Origin: an uncultured delta proteobacterium
GTDB taxonomy: Bacteria; Desulfobacterota; Binatia; UBA9968
Length of the DNA: 64,000 nucleotides
Assembly: GCA_963745035.1 (NCBI GenBank)
Contig: CAVUVW010000013.1
Location: 640,001 to 704,000, forward strand
Direction of reading: 5' to 3'
Made by a program: the position numbers and the translations under genes. Positions 1 to 10,836 of the stretch are shown here, piece after piece (the stretch's first letter is position 1; every line of letters begins with the position of its first letter). The notes under the pieces are model-generated. The model made no database searches, was not told the origin of the DNA, and saw nothing but the letters and a program-made list of their open reading frames with translations.

Positions 1-16
1 ATCCGCCCGCCGATTT

Positions 17-1958
17 TCAGGCGGCCTTGCGATCGAGCAGTTCGCTGATCTGCTGATCAAGGGCGTCCACCGCCGCGCCATCGATGTACATGCGCCACCA
101 TAGCTCGAGGTTGAGAAGAATCCACAATCGGTAGTTATGGTCCATTGCGCCGCTGCGGTGCTGATCGAGCAATTCGAGCATGTAAGCGCGCTCGAAATAG
201 CCTTCTTCGCACAAGCGCGATTTCATAAACAAAGATTCGAGGACATTGCCGAGCTCCGACTTCATCCAATGGGCGAGCGGGAAGGAAAAACCTTGCTTCG
301 ACCTCGACAGCAACTGGGGCGGCAGATAATCTTTGGCCGCCTCGCGAAAAACATGCTTCAACCGGCCGCCTTTCACTTTCAAGCGCGTCGGCGTCGCCGC
401 GGCAAATTCCACAACACGGTAGTCCAATAGCGGCGAACGATCTTCCAGGCTGTGCGCCATGGTCATATGGTCGACGAGCATCAGCAGATGTTCGGGCATG
501 CGGGTCATCATGTCCGTGTACAGCATCTTGTCGATCAACTCTTCCGCGCAGCTACTGTCGAAGTGCTCGAGAATGTTGGGGACGGAATCGAACGCGCCAT
601 TCAGCTCCCGGCGTAACGAGGAGGTGAATAAACGCTCCTTGGCTTCCTGGGTAAAGCGCAGGTAGGCCATACTGTGCGCGTACCTGTTGCCGCCCGAGGT
701 CAAGGACATGTCGTTCAGCCATCGCAGCTTTTGCGTCGTGCTGTTATAGCCGTAGGAGTCGGGCAGGAGGCGGAGCAACGCCGGGAACACGCGCTGGCGC
801 AGCGCTCGGGGAACAAAACAATAATAGTCGACAAGGCGGTTACCGACGTAGCGATCATAGCCGGCAAATAGTTCGTCTCCGCCGTCGCCGCCCAACACCA
901 CTTTGACGCGCGACTTGGCGAGCTCCGCCGCGAGGAAAACGCCGAAACCAAACGGGTCGGCGATTTCGTCCATGTGCCAGATGAGCTTCGGCAACAGCGA
1001 GACCAAACGATTATCGGCGATCTTCTCATAATGTTTGGTGCCGTACTTCTCGGCGACCAGACGGGCGTACGGCAGCTCGTTGAACGCCTGCCTCCTGAAC
1101 GCCGATCGAAAACGTTTGAATCGGCTGCGAAGCGGAGAGCGCCATCATCGAAGCCACCGTGCTCGAATCGATGCCGCCGCTTAGGAAAGCGCCGACCGGC
1201 ACGTCGCTCACCAAATGGGATTTGACCGCGTCCAGTAGGATCGCTTTGAGCTCCGCGACGATCTCGTCTTCGCTTCCGGCAAGCTTGTTATTGTAAACCG
1301 GCCGCCAATATCGCTGCATCTTGATCTGGCCGTTTTCAACGGTCATCCAGTGAGCCGCGGGCAGTTTGTGGATTCCTTTGAAAAGAGTTTGCGTGCCGGG
1401 CAGGTAGCGTAGTGAGATCAGGTGATTCATGGCGTCCGCGGCCATCTCGGGCTTCACCATGCCGCTTTTGAGCAGCGCCTTGATCTCGGAGGCAAAGCCG
1501 AATACGCCGTCGCGCTGAAAGAAGAAAAGCGGCTTCTGACCGATATGATCGCGCGCGAGAAACAAGCGCTGACGCGACCTGTCCCAGATCGCGAACGCAA
1601 ACATCCCGCGCAGGTGGCGCACGCAGTCGGCGCCGTGCTGCTCGTAGAGATGGACGATGACTTCGGTGTCCGTGGAAGTCTTGAACTTGTGGCCCTGGGC
1701 CTCGAGGTCGCGCCGGAGATCAAGAAAGTTGTAAATCTCGCCGTTAAAAACAATCCAAACCGTTCCGTCTTCGTTCGCGATCGGCTGCCGGCCGTGCTCG
1801 ATGTCAATAATGCTCAGCCGCCGATGCCCCAAGCCGATCGCGCCATCGAAATAATAACCCTCGTCGTCAGGACCGCGGTGCCTGAGCGTATTGCTCATCG
1901 ACCGGATCCGTTGTTCGTCAACCCTGAACGGTTGCCAAAGGCCGCTAATGCCGCACAT
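17..1958 (-). CDS. asnB: Asparagine synthase (glutamine-hydrolysing)-like amidotransferase, EPS-associated; split by a +1 frameshift near 1091
   Basis: N-terminal MCGI, HRGPD, GHRRLSIID, NGEIYN and LSGGIDSS in ORF 1026-1985; GDGGDELFAGY and RSPLLD in ORF 17-1006; removing one G near 1091 gives ...GVQEQAFNELPYARLVAEKYGTKH... joining both. Confidence 0.9.
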
Positions 1959-2132
1959 AACTCCGCCACCCTTGCGATTCAGCAAATCGCTGTGTTTCGA
2001 TAGCCATTGTTGAAAAACTGACTGTGCTTCGCTCGCTCGCCGCTTTTGAGCATTCTTCGGATCACTAACCCATCGCGGCGATCATCGTGCCGCGACGAAC
2101 ATCCAATAGGCGCAACTTAAGAGGCAACAGCG

Positions 2133-3116
2133 TTAGATATAGCCGTGGTTACGATACCACTCTCCCGTTCGGCCGAGTCCGGTCGGCAAGTCGACTTTGG
2201 GCCGGTAGCCAAGCTCTCGTATCGCTTTGTCGATATTGAAAGCGCGAACCTGGCGAAACCAATCCACCCGACGACGAAACAGCGGCGGCGTCATGCGAAA
2301 CGGCTTACAAACAGCTTCACAGAGGAAAGCAGCCGTCCACAACGGCCAGAAAGGCAAGTGACGGATGCGCACGGAAGCCCCCAAGGCTTTGCCGACCTCG
2401 AGCACCAAATCATTGATCGTATAATAATGCTCGTCGCCGATGATGTAGGTTTCCCCGGCTATACCTTCTTTGCTGCCGGCAAGCTCAAAGGCGTCGACCA
2501 GGTTATCAATGTAGACTGGGTGATAATATGTCCGGCCGTCGCCGAACATCAGAAACGATCCGCGTTTTGCCAATCGGAACAAGATCAAAAAGCGCTCCGG
2601 GTCGCCGGGTCCATAGATCGCCGTGGGGCGGATCGTCACCGCGTCGAGACCTTTGGCGACGTATTCCTGTACTACTTTTTCGCCTTCGTATTTGGTCAAC
2701 TGATAGTAGTCCTCGGGTACGATGGGCGATTGCTCACTCCCCGGCGGGGTCTTGATGTGGCCATGTACACCTTGGGTGCTGCAATACACGAACCGGCGTA
2801 CCTTGGCCCGGTGCGCCACGTCCAGCAGATGCCGCGTGCCCTCTACGTTCACGTCCCAGTAGTACCGCTCGGGAACGTTCAGCTGCCGAAACGCCGCGGC
2901 AATGTGGTATACAAGCTCGCAACCCGACATCAGCTTTTCGCTCAGGTGCTTGTCGGTAATGCTGCCCAGCTCGATCTTTGCGCCCAACTGCTTGAGCTCG
3001 TCGTAGAACAGTCCCTTCTGATTATCGACGACCAGAACGTCATGGCCCTTTGTCAGCAGTCGTCTAACCAGGTGGCTTCCGGTAAAACCGGTTCCTCCAG
3101 TAACGAATATTTTCAT
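2133..3116 (-). CDS. NAD-dependent epimerase/dehydratase (extended SDR)
   Basis: VTGGTGFTG Rossmann motif and YQLTK (YxxxK); ATGA overlap with the upstream stop supports the start at 3116. Confidence 0.9.
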   Translation of the reverse strand: MKIFVTGGTGFTGSHLVRRLLTKGHDVLVVDNQKGLFYDELKQLGAKIELGSITDKHLSEKLMSGCELVYHIAAAFRQLNVPERYYWDVNVEGTRHLLDVAHRAKVRRFVYCSTQGVHGHIKTPPGSEQSPIVPEDYYQLTKYEGEKVVQEYVAKGLDAVTIRPTAIYGPGDPERFLILFRLAKRGSFLMFGDGRTYYHPVYIDNLVDAFELAGSKEGIAGETYIIGDEHYYTINDLVLEVGKALGASVRIRHLPFWPLWTAAFLCEAVCKPFRMTPPLFRRRVDWFRQVRAFNIDKAIRELGYRPKVDLPTGLGRTGEWYRNHGYI

Positions 3117-4144
3117 GGTATGATCTTTCGACACTCCGGCAGAAATTCTTTCAGCCAGATCTTCGGCATATTTTTCGTAACTTCGATTTGTCCGAAACGT
3201 TTACTGTGCTTGGCTCCGACCGCGCGAGCCCAGTCCGCCATCTTTACCAAACCCTCTTCCAGCGGAACCTTCGCCGCGTAATCGAAGACGTCGTTGAGGC
3301 GCTCATGGCTCGAGAACGCATGCTTGACCTCGTCTCGCGCATCGAGATACACGACGTTGAGCGCTGTCCCCATGGCGGCCGCGACCTTCTCGGCGAGCTC
3401 GTTGACCGTGTAGGGAACGTCGGCGCCGACGTTGAAGATCTGATTTTGCGCTCTGGGATTGAACGGCGCATCGGCAATGACCGGAACCACGTCGCCCACG
3501 CAGGTAAACGCCCTGCGCTGTTCGCCGTCCCCGAAAATGGTCATCGGCCGCGACTGCATGATCTGGTTCATGAAAATGCCGACCACGTTGCGATACCGAT
3601 CGCCGATGTTCTGCCGCTCGCCGTAAACGTTGTGTGGGCGGAAGATCACATGATTCAACCCGAACATTTTGTGGCTGACTCGCAGCTCCTGTTCGACGGC
3701 CAGCTTCGCCACGCCATAGGGATCTTCCGGCACCGGGGTCATTTCTTCGGTCATGGGCACCTGATTTTGCCCGTACACCGCGATCGACGAGGTAAACACG
3801 AAGCATTTGACGTCGTGGTGAATGGAGGCGTTGATCAGGTTGACACTGCCGATCAGGTTATTCTCGTAATTGAACCTCTTGATGAAATGACTGAGACCTT
3901 CAGCCGCATAGGCGGCCAGGTGAAAAACGTATGCGAACCGGTTGCGCGAAAACAGCGCATTGATCAGGTGATGATCCGTGATGCTGCCGTTGACGAACTG
4001 GGCCCGCCGGTCGATGTTCTCGACAAATCCGCCGCTCAGGTCATCCAGGACCGTGACCGCGTGGCCCTGATCGAGTAGGTGACTTGCTAAATGGGAGCCT
4101 ATGAAACCGGCTCCGCCCGTAACCAAGACTTGCGCCTTCTCCAT
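3113..4144 (-). CDS. NAD-dependent nucleotide-sugar epimerase (GalE-like)
   Basis: VTGGAGFIG, FTSSIAVYG, YGVAK; AAGGAG RBS before ATG 4144. Confidence 0.9.
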   Translation of the reverse strand: MEKAQVLVTGGAGFIGSHLASHLLDQGHAVTVLDDLSGGFVENIDRRAQFVNGSITDHHLINALFSRNRFAYVFHLAAYAAEGLSHFIKRFNYENNLIGSVNLINASIHHDVKCFVFTSSIAVYGQNQVPMTEEMTPVPEDPYGVAKLAVEQELRVSHKMFGLNHVIFRPHNVYGERQNIGDRYRNVVGIFMNQIMQSRPMTIFGDGEQRRAFTCVGDVVPVIADAPFNPRAQNQIFNVGADVPYTVNELAEKVAAAMGTALNVVYLDARDEVKHAFSSHERLNDVFDYAAKVPLEEGLVKMADWARAVGAKHSKRFGQIEVTKNMPKIWLKEFLPECRKIIP

Positions 4145-5379
4145 TTTGTTGCTCCTTTGACAGATTGCGCGGTTGCTTTCGTATGGAATTGTAAATATCG
4201 GCCAGCCGGCGCGCCACTCCCGACCAGGAATGCTCATTGGCGGCTTTTTGCCGGCTCATCTTCGCAAGCTCCGCCGACCGTTCATGATTCGTCAAAACCC
4301 CGATCAGCGCTTCGGCGAGCGACGTGACGTCACCCATCTTTGCGTAGACGCCGACGTGGCCCAATATTTCGCGGTTGATCGGAGTGTCGAAGACGACCGT
4401 CGGCAAACCCATCGCCATGTAGCCGAACAGCTTCAGATTGGCTTCGGTTGTCGAGATTTTCGGTGACACCGCCACGTCGGCGATCGAGAGATATCGGGGC
4501 ACGTCCTCGTAAGAAATTTTTCCGGTAAAATGGGTCCACTTTTCGATTTGCAGGCAGCGCGCCTTCTCGCGATAGTGCTGCTCGTTCGGATATCCGACGA
4601 TGACGAACTTGACGTGCTCGACCTTTTGTACCACCAGAGGAACCGCCTCGAGCAGCAGGTCGATGCCTTGATACTCGGTCAACACGCCGACGAACATCAC
4701 CACTTTACTAGTCATTGTCGCCTCGCATCGTCGCAATGCCCAAAGATGTCCGGAGCTCGATATCCTTTTCGAGCGGGCGGAAAATATCCAGATCGACGCC
4801 GTCCATTACCGAAGTCACGCGTTCGGCGGCAATCCCATAGAGATTCACACAGGCCTGCGCCGTATGGGTCGAGCTAACGATCAGATGCGCGGGCATTTGG
4901 TTGACCATGCGTTCGATCCAGCTCACGAACCTGACGAGCGGCGCGTTATCGGGCAGGAACCGATGAGCAAGCAACTCATCGGTAAGGCTGCCCTGCAAAT
5001 CCGCGACCAAGGGAATGCGAAAGATCACGCTAGCGATTTTGCCGATCACGATTCCTTCATGGAGATGGGCATGGATTATGTCGGGCCGAAAGCTGCGGCA
5101 CGTCCGCAGCACCGTCCACAGCAGCAACAGATCGATATAGAACTTGTGCCACGAAGGACCGGCCGAGAGCTTGCCGTACCATGGAACTCTCATCGTCCGC
5201 GCCGTGGGAATGCCTTCCACATCGCGGCCCAAAAAATACGTGCAAAGGGTCACTTGATGTCCCATCTCGATCAGCGCCTTGGCTTCCCCCAGGATGCGGA
5301 CGTGGCATCCGCGATCCGCGAAAAACGGCGTCGGGGCGATCATCAAAATGCGTTGGCTTCGAACCTCAGATGTTTTCAT
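4041..5379 (-). CDS. GT4 family glycosyltransferase; frameshifted near 4710-4735
   Basis: N-half (APTPFFADRG, IHAHLHEG) in 4708-5379; C-half (VMFVG, QGIDLL, EANLKLFGYMAMGLPTV) in 4041-4736. Confidence 0.8.
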
Positions 5380-7171
5380 GCATCGGTCCCATAAAGTTCC
5401 GTTGAACTTCTTCCAGCTCCGCCGACATCCTTTGCCGGCTCCAACCTAACTCGGCTGCCATGATCTTGGCGCACGACGAAAGCGCGTGATCGCCGGGGTG
5501 CCCGGCGGTTCCCAGATTGGTGCGCCTGAAAACGATATCTGCGAGCTTTTGCGCCATCTCGACGCGCACGCCGTGGAGCACTTCGGCTTTGATGACCGGG
5601 GAGTCGGCCGCGACGCGCTCGAGACATTGTGGCTGGGCATCGCCATGGCGGAGCACTTCACCGTATGCCGCTCCATGGGTCTCGACCAAATGGCGCAAGA
5701 TTTCGGCATCCACCCGAGCGGGCCGCTCCCGCAAGGCTCGGGACAACAATGCCTCGACGTCTTCCCCGGCTCCGCAAAGTGGGATTTCCGAAGTGCTACA
5801 ACGAGGTGCGCGCCTGTCGAGCTTCTTAAAAATCAGATTGACCGTCTGCTCGGCGACTTGCCTGGCAGTCGTGTACTTCACCCCGACGATGGAGACCAAA
5901 CCGTCGATCCCATTATCGATGGCGTGATCACGGATTTCGTGATGTTTTTTGAGCTGGACGTCGCCACCTCGGGCGTCTCCTTCCGCGGGAACCAATCCAC
6001 GAAAGATTGCTACGACGTCTGCGCGCTCCAGCCGCGGCGTCGGAAAAGCTGTATTGATCTCCCGGATCGCCTCGCCGATTTCGGCTTCGCTGACCGTCAG
6101 AGCTTCGGGAGGGCCGTCGTGCGGCCTTTGAAAAGTGCCGACCAGGGACCACTTACGCCAAGGCGTTACGAAGAAATAACGAAATCCCTTCTTGACCATC
6201 GCGTCTGCATCGCTGTACGAGAACCGGCTCGGCACGCCAACCGCGATCTTCCCGGCGATAATCGGACGGGTAACGAGCACCATCGACTTGCACAAAGCCT
6301 GGTTCTGGGTGCTTGCGTACCTGAGCGGTTCGAGCAACTGCGCGGCCCAAGGCCCTGCGCAGTTGACGACCATGCGCGCGCGCACGGTCAAGGCATCGCC
6401 GGTCAACAAGTCCTTAAGATGGACGCCGGTCACGCGCGCACCTTCGCACACAAAGCCGCCGGCCTCGACGTAATTGGCAACCTCGGCGCCAGCGTCTACG
6501 GCCGAGCGCAGCAACGCAAGATTCAATCGGCCCGGATTTTCGACCTGCGCGTCGCAAAACAGCGCCCCTCCCGTTATGTCGGGCTGATCCAGCCCCGAAC
6601 AAATCTCCAGACACTCGGCCCTCGAGATCACCCGGCCGGCCGGGATTTGCTGGCGCGTCGGCAAATCACGGTTGCGGTCCGTGCCCACCCAATCGTTGAG
6701 CTTCAGCGCCGCGGACATCAGCAGTTTTCCCCGCAACAGCCGCTTATAGGTCGGGATGAGAAACGGTAACGGTCGGACCAGATGGGGAGCGATGCGCAAA
6801 AGAATACTGCGCTCGCGAATCGACTCGCGCATGCGCTTAAGATCGCCGTGCTGCAAATAGCGTAGCCCGCCATGAATGATCCGATGATGATTCGACGAGG
6901 TGGCATGGCCAAAATCGCCCCGGTCCACCAAAGCCACCCGAAGTCCTCTGAGAGCCGCGTCCCGCGCCACGCTGATGCCATATATCCCGGCACCGATGAT
7001 CGCGATATCAAAGATCGTATCGGCTAGCGCGGCTGGATTTCTTTTCAAGGCTGCGCTTTGTAAGACCGCATCAGGACGGAGGGTGTCAGGGAAAGCGCTG
7101 GCTACCGGCAGACTCGATGAAGCTCCGCCCATAACGTCCAATAAGGCGTGAGCCGATAAACCGAAGGGCAT
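5366..7171 (-). CDS. glpD: FAD-dependent glycerol-3-phosphate dehydrogenase/oxidase family protein (true start may be TTG 7048)
   Basis: IIGAGIYG, GHATSSNHHRIIHGGLRYLQ, NCAGPW, GVKYTTAR, EMAQKLADIVFRRT. Confidence 0.85.
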   Translation of the reverse strand: MPFGLSAHALLDVMGGASSSLPVASAFPDTLRPDAVLQSAALKRNPAALADTIFDIAIIGAGIYGISVARDAALRGLRVALVDRGDFGHATSSNHHRIIHGGLRYLQHGDLKRMRESIRERSILLRIAPHLVRPLPFLIPTYKRLLRGKLLMSAALKLNDWVGTDRNRDLPTRQQIPAGRVISRAECLEICSGLDQPDITGGALFCDAQVENPGRLNLALLRSAVDAGAEVANYVEAGGFVCEGARVTGVHLKDLLTGDALTVRARMVVNCAGPWAAQLLEPLRYASTQNQALCKSMVLVTRPIIAGKIAVGVPSRFSYSDADAMVKKGFRYFFVTPWRKWSLVGTFQRPHDGPPEALTVSEAEIGEAIREINTAFPTPRLERADVVAIFRGLVPAEGDARGGDVQLKKHHEIRDHAIDNGIDGLVSIVGVKYTTARQVAEQTVNLIFKKLDRRAPRCSTSEIPLCGAGEDVEALLSRALRERPARVDAEILRHLVETHGAAYGEVLRHGDAQPQCLERVAADSPVIKAEVLHGVRVEMAQKLADIVFRRTNLGTAGHPGDHALSSCAKIMAAELGWSRQRMSAELEEVQRNFMGPMHENI

Positions 7172-7261
7172 GTGACTCTGTGCTGCTGTCAGGTCCCCGC
7201 GGACCTGTAAGTCGAACGCGCGGCCAAATCCACGCGAACGACTTCATCAAACAATTTACTG

Positions 7262-7378
7262 TACTGTCGCTTTCGGCGGCCCGGCTGTCGGCAAGCCTTC
7301 GGTTACCTACCGAAGTCCATTTGACCCGTGGCTTTCCGCCCTTCCTTCTCGGGAAGTTCGGCTTTTTCAGGCGAGTAG
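7262..7378 (-). ncRNA. GEMM-I (cyclic di-GMP-I) riboswitch, G20 type
   Basis: Minus strand reads TACTCGC..AAAAGCCGAAC-TTCC-CGAGAA-GGAAG-GGCGGAAAGCCACGGGTC..(CTTCGGT/ACCGAAG hairpin)..GACAGCCGGGCCGCCGAAAGCGACAGTA; P1/P2/P3 pairings and conserved junctions match GEMM-I; position-20 equivalent (7362) is G. Confidence 0.85.
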
Positions 7379-7388
7379 CAAGCCTGAG

Positions 7389-7405
7389 CGCAAGCTCGGT
7401 GCCAA
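7389..7405 (-). promoter_or_regulatory. Sigma-54 -24/-12 promoter for the riboswitch-glpD-GT4-epimerases-asnB operon
   Basis: TTGGCACCGAGCTTGCG (GG-N10-GC), ~12 nt upstream of the riboswitch 5' end. Confidence 0.85.
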
Positions 7406-7639
7406 AGCCAATTGGCTGGAATTAAAGGAATTTTTGACCAGACTTTTGTGGTATTTGCCAGCCTTGGCAGATGCCATCATGACAGTGGCAGCCAGCAGCG
7501 TCAGTCATTTAGTTGTAAGATGGCGAAAATATTGTTGTTTGCGGCCTTGGGATGAAGAACTCAAGGGGAGCGGCGAAACGGGTCGCGGCGCCAAACTTTA
7601 CTTTCAGTTCGCGCTTCTATGGCTAATTTGCCCGGTGCT

Positions 7640-9106
7640 CTACCTGCCCTCCAAACGCAAGATCGTGCTGGCCGTCTTGAGCAGGATGCTCAGCTCGAGC
7701 GCGATGGAGCGATTCTTGATGTAGTACAAGTCGTATTGAAGTTTTTCGAGCGCGTCGCTTTCCGAAGACCCGTAGCCGAAATTGATCTGCGCCCAGCCGG
7801 TGAGTCCCGGCCTGACAATGCTCCGAGCGCCGAAGAACGGCACACGCTCGCTTAACTCCTCGACAAACTCCGGGCGTTCCGGCCGAGGGCCCACGAGCGA
7901 CATTTCACCGGTGAGCACATTCCATAGTTGCGGTAGTTCATCGATTCTGGTTTTGCGCAGCACGCCGCCGACGCGCGTAATCCTGTCGTCGCCCGGCGTC
8001 GCCCAACGAGCGCCGTTGCGCTCCGCATCGGCCACCATCGTGCGAAACTTCACGACGTGAAAGACGCGCCCATCTCTTCCGACCCGCCGTTGCCGAAACA
8101 TCACGGGCCCGGGAGACTCGAGCTTGATCGCGGCCGCGACCAAAGGAAAGCAAAGGAGAGCGGGCATTCCCAGCACCAGCGCCGCGAAAATATCGAGCGT
8201 GCGTTTGGCGATTTCAAAGCCGCGTTTGTTGAATGCTCTGACACTGCCGACGAACCATCCCTCGTTGATCAGCGAGCTCGGTATTTTTCCCGTCACCTCC
8301 TCGTACAAGTGGGTGAAATCGATCACGTGCGCGCCCGAGCACAGCAGCTTGTAGAAAAACACCCGCATCGCTTCATTGTCGCCGACCTGCCGTGTCACCG
8401 CGACAACGTCGATCTCGCGCGCAAGAACGCGCGTTTGAATGAATTCCTGTAGGACCGGCAATTCATCCTCGGCCGGATGTTCCAAAGTAAGTACATGGCA
8501 CACGTTGTAACCAAGATAGCTTTTTTGCTCCAGCAAGCTTTTCAACTCCGCCATTTCACTGCCGCTGCCGCACAGCATGACCCTCATCTTCGGGCCGATT
8601 CTGCCCCATTGCATGAACAACTGGCGGCTGGCAAACAGGAAAAAAGTGAGAAACGTCAGATCGAGAGCCAGCACGATGCGCGGCGGCATTCTGAAGACCT
8701 TGGGGGTGATCCGGAAGTAATTGACCGTATAGAAAATGGTGATTCCTATGACGCCGCAAATCGCGAGCGCCAGTGCGATTCGTTTGATTAGCTCGCGCCG
8801 CGACGTGAACCGCTCGATATCGTATAAGCCAACGCTGTAGAGGACGAAAAGCCAGACCGCATGGAGAATGTTAAAGCCGGTGAAAGTCCGGCTCATGGTA
8901 AAGTATTTCGCCACCGCGTACTCCTCCGGAAGCCATAAATCCCGCAGGAGTAAGGCGAGAAACAGGGCGCAGTTAACCAGGACGAGGTCGCATAGGCACA
9001 AAAGCACCTTCTGCAGCGGAAACGATATGAATACTCGCTGTTTGATCGCCGGCGGTGAAATACCGGATAAATCAAATTTATCCGCGACGGAACTACTCGC
9101 GTCCAT
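7640..9106 (-). CDS. Priming sugar transferase (polyprenyl glycosylphosphotransferase, WcaJ/WbaP family)
   Basis: N-terminal TM helices; KFRTM, RIDELPQLWNVLTGEMSLVGPRPERP, PGLTGWAQ, YDLYYIKN. Confidence 0.95.
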   Translation of the reverse strand: MDASSSVADKFDLSGISPPAIKQRVFISFPLQKVLLCLCDLVLVNCALFLALLLRDLWLPEEYAVAKYFTMSRTFTGFNILHAVWLFVLYSVGLYDIERFTSRRELIKRIALALAICGVIGITIFYTVNYFRITPKVFRMPPRIVLALDLTFLTFFLFASRQLFMQWGRIGPKMRVMLCGSGSEMAELKSLLEQKSYLGYNVCHVLTLEHPAEDELPVLQEFIQTRVLAREIDVVAVTRQVGDNEAMRVFFYKLLCSGAHVIDFTHLYEEVTGKIPSSLINEGWFVGSVRAFNKRGFEIAKRTLDIFAALVLGMPALLCFPLVAAAIKLESPGPVMFRQRRVGRDGRVFHVVKFRTMVADAERNGARWATPGDDRITRVGGVLRKTRIDELPQLWNVLTGEMSLVGPRPERPEFVEELSERVPFFGARSIVRPGLTGWAQINFGYGSSESDALEKLQYDLYYIKNRSIALELSILLKTASTILRLEGR

Positions 9107-9163
9107 GGATGCCTCCTGAAAATCTGCTCGAGCGAATTGCCGTCATACAATGCGCGGCGTCGG

Positions 9164-10315
9164 TCAACTTCCCCGCGCCACCGACCAGGTCGCGCCCTGA
9201 CGCCCGGTAAGCCAGGCGACGAAACCCCAGGCGACGGCGGCATTGCCGACAAGAAAATGCAGGGCGAAGGAAAACAATGGTCGCGGTTTGCCCAACCAGT
9301 AAAGCGCCGCACCCGTGCCCGCCGCTAACAAGAAGAGCCCGATGGCAAAACGCAGAAATGCAAACACGCCGCCATCCAAGAGAAACGGAACTGCCAGGAG
9401 ATTCAGCACCAGAAACGGGCTCACCCAGCGCAATACTTTCTTGGACGCAAACTGAAAAAGAACAAAGGGTCGCACGGGATCGAGCAAGCAACCGAGCCAG
9501 CGGGCCATGCCGTGGAACGTCCGCGCGCTGATCCTCGAGTGGCGCGCAAACTCGATGCCTACCTTCGCCGATGCCGGTTCAAGACATATCGCCGCCGGCT
9601 CGTAGAGGACTTCGTGACCTTTGCGCAGCACCTGGAGCGGGATCTCGAGATCGACCGGGGTCATCGGGTCCATGGGCTCAAAAAATTCCTTGCGAAAAGC
9701 AAAATTCCCGCCATAGGCGCCAATAACCGACCCGAGCGCGCTTTCCGCTTTTTTTACCCAGGAGTCATAGCGCATGTACAAACCTTCGCCCTGGTGCGCG
9801 GCGCCGTCCTTTGCATCGAAGTAGCGGACGACTCCAGAAACACACCCGACACGCGGGCGGGCGAAGTGACGCACGAGTTTTTTGATCGCGCTTGCGTCCA
9901 GGATTCCGTTGGCGTCGGTGAACAGCAAAATATCTCCTCGCGCTTGGGGACAGGCGGCGTTGAGCGCGGCGGTCTTTCCCGCTCTGTTCCGCCGCGCCAT
10001 GAAAGTCACGCCGCGGTTGCGGTATTCGCCGACGATGCTATCGGTCCGGTCGGTGGAGGCGTCCGAGACGACAAAAATCTCCAACCGGTCTTTGGGGTAG
10101 TCAAGCCCAAGCAGGTTCTCAATTCTTCCTCTAATGACTGCATCTTCATTGTGCGCAGCCAATACGACGGAGACCGTGGGCCACACATCCGGCGCCTCCG
10201 AATGCGGCGCAGTCTTGCGCCACCGAGCAAGCAAGACGAGCACGAGTGGATACCCGACGTAGGTGTAAAACAGCAAAGACAAGGAGCCCCAGAAAAAAAT
10301 CTCAGCCATGATCAA
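9164..10315 (-). CDS. GT2 family glycosyltransferase, membrane anchored
   Basis: VSVVLAAHNE, VSDASTD, GKTAALN, FTDAN; TM segments at both ends. Confidence 0.9.
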   Translation of the reverse strand: MIMAEIFFWGSLSLLFYTYVGYPLVLVLLARWRKTAPHSEAPDVWPTVSVVLAAHNEDAVIRGRIENLLGLDYPKDRLEIFVVSDASTDRTDSIVGEYRNRGVTFMARRNRAGKTAALNAACPQARGDILLFTDANGILDASAIKKLVRHFARPRVGCVSGVVRYFDAKDGAAHQGEGLYMRYDSWVKKAESALGSVIGAYGGNFAFRKEFFEPMDPMTPVDLEIPLQVLRKGHEVLYEPAAICLEPASAKVGIEFARHSRISARTFHGMARWLGCLLDPVRPFVLFQFASKKVLRWVSPFLVLNLLAVPFLLDGGVFAFLRFAIGLFLLAAGTGAALYWLGKPRPLFSFALHFLVGNAAVAWGFVAWLTGRQGATWSVARGS

Positions 10316-10623
10316 GCAACCTCGTCGATCGTTGCGCGATTGTTTTTGCTTCTGAGTAAAGTGCAGTTACAAATTCGCGCATGACAGAACTTTCACTGCC
10401 GCCAATGGAAAAAATGGTCTTTAATCGCCTTTACGAGACAATTTGTTTTGAAGAGTGTCAGAAAAGCATACAGATTTCGTGCAGTGAAGAGCGGGACTGA
10501 ACACATTTTCATTCGCTCTTCAAAATCATTGCGCGCTCCTGCACAAATCACTTGTCATAAAAGCCGTGCATTTTTTAAACGTTAGCTGCGCGATGGCGAA
10601 AACAACCAACAAGCTTGCGAAAA

Positions 10624-10639
10624 TGGCATATGCCTTGCT
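10624..10639 (+). promoter_or_regulatory. Sigma-54 -24/-12 promoter for the secreted-protein cassette
   Basis: TGGCATATGCCTTGCT (GG-N10-GC); nearly identical to the site at 39044. Confidence 0.85.
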
Positions 10640-10676
10640 GCATGAGCAGCGCAAATCACAATTAGAAGACAGCTCA

Positions 10677-10781
10677 CTGTGAGCCTGTTAAGAGCAAACC
10701 GCGCGAAAGCGCGGGACGCAAAGCCACTGGCCTGACTCTCCGTACGTTGAGAAAGGTCGCAGGGCTACCTGGCGAGCACAG
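10677..10781 (+). ncRNA. GEMM-I riboswitch, A20 variant (predicted 3',3'-cGAMP-capable)
   Basis: AAGAGCAAA-CCGCGC-GAAA-GCGCGG-GACGCAAAGCCACTGGCCTGAC-TCTC..GAGA-AAGGTCGCAGGGCTACC; GAAA tetraloop P2, P3 pairings, P1 CTGTG/CACAG; the base before GCAAACC (10693, Vc2 position 20) is A. Confidence 0.9.
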
Positions 10782-10836
10782 CACCTTCCGGGGGTCTGTG
10801 ATTCGCTTTTAGACGGAATCGCACACACTTGGGAGG

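Noticed and set aside
2006-2095. Imperfect inverted repeat (TGTTGAAAA/TTTTGAGCA) and hairpin as a MITE/REP element
   Set aside because: Single degenerate copy in the window; no transposase or target-site duplication.
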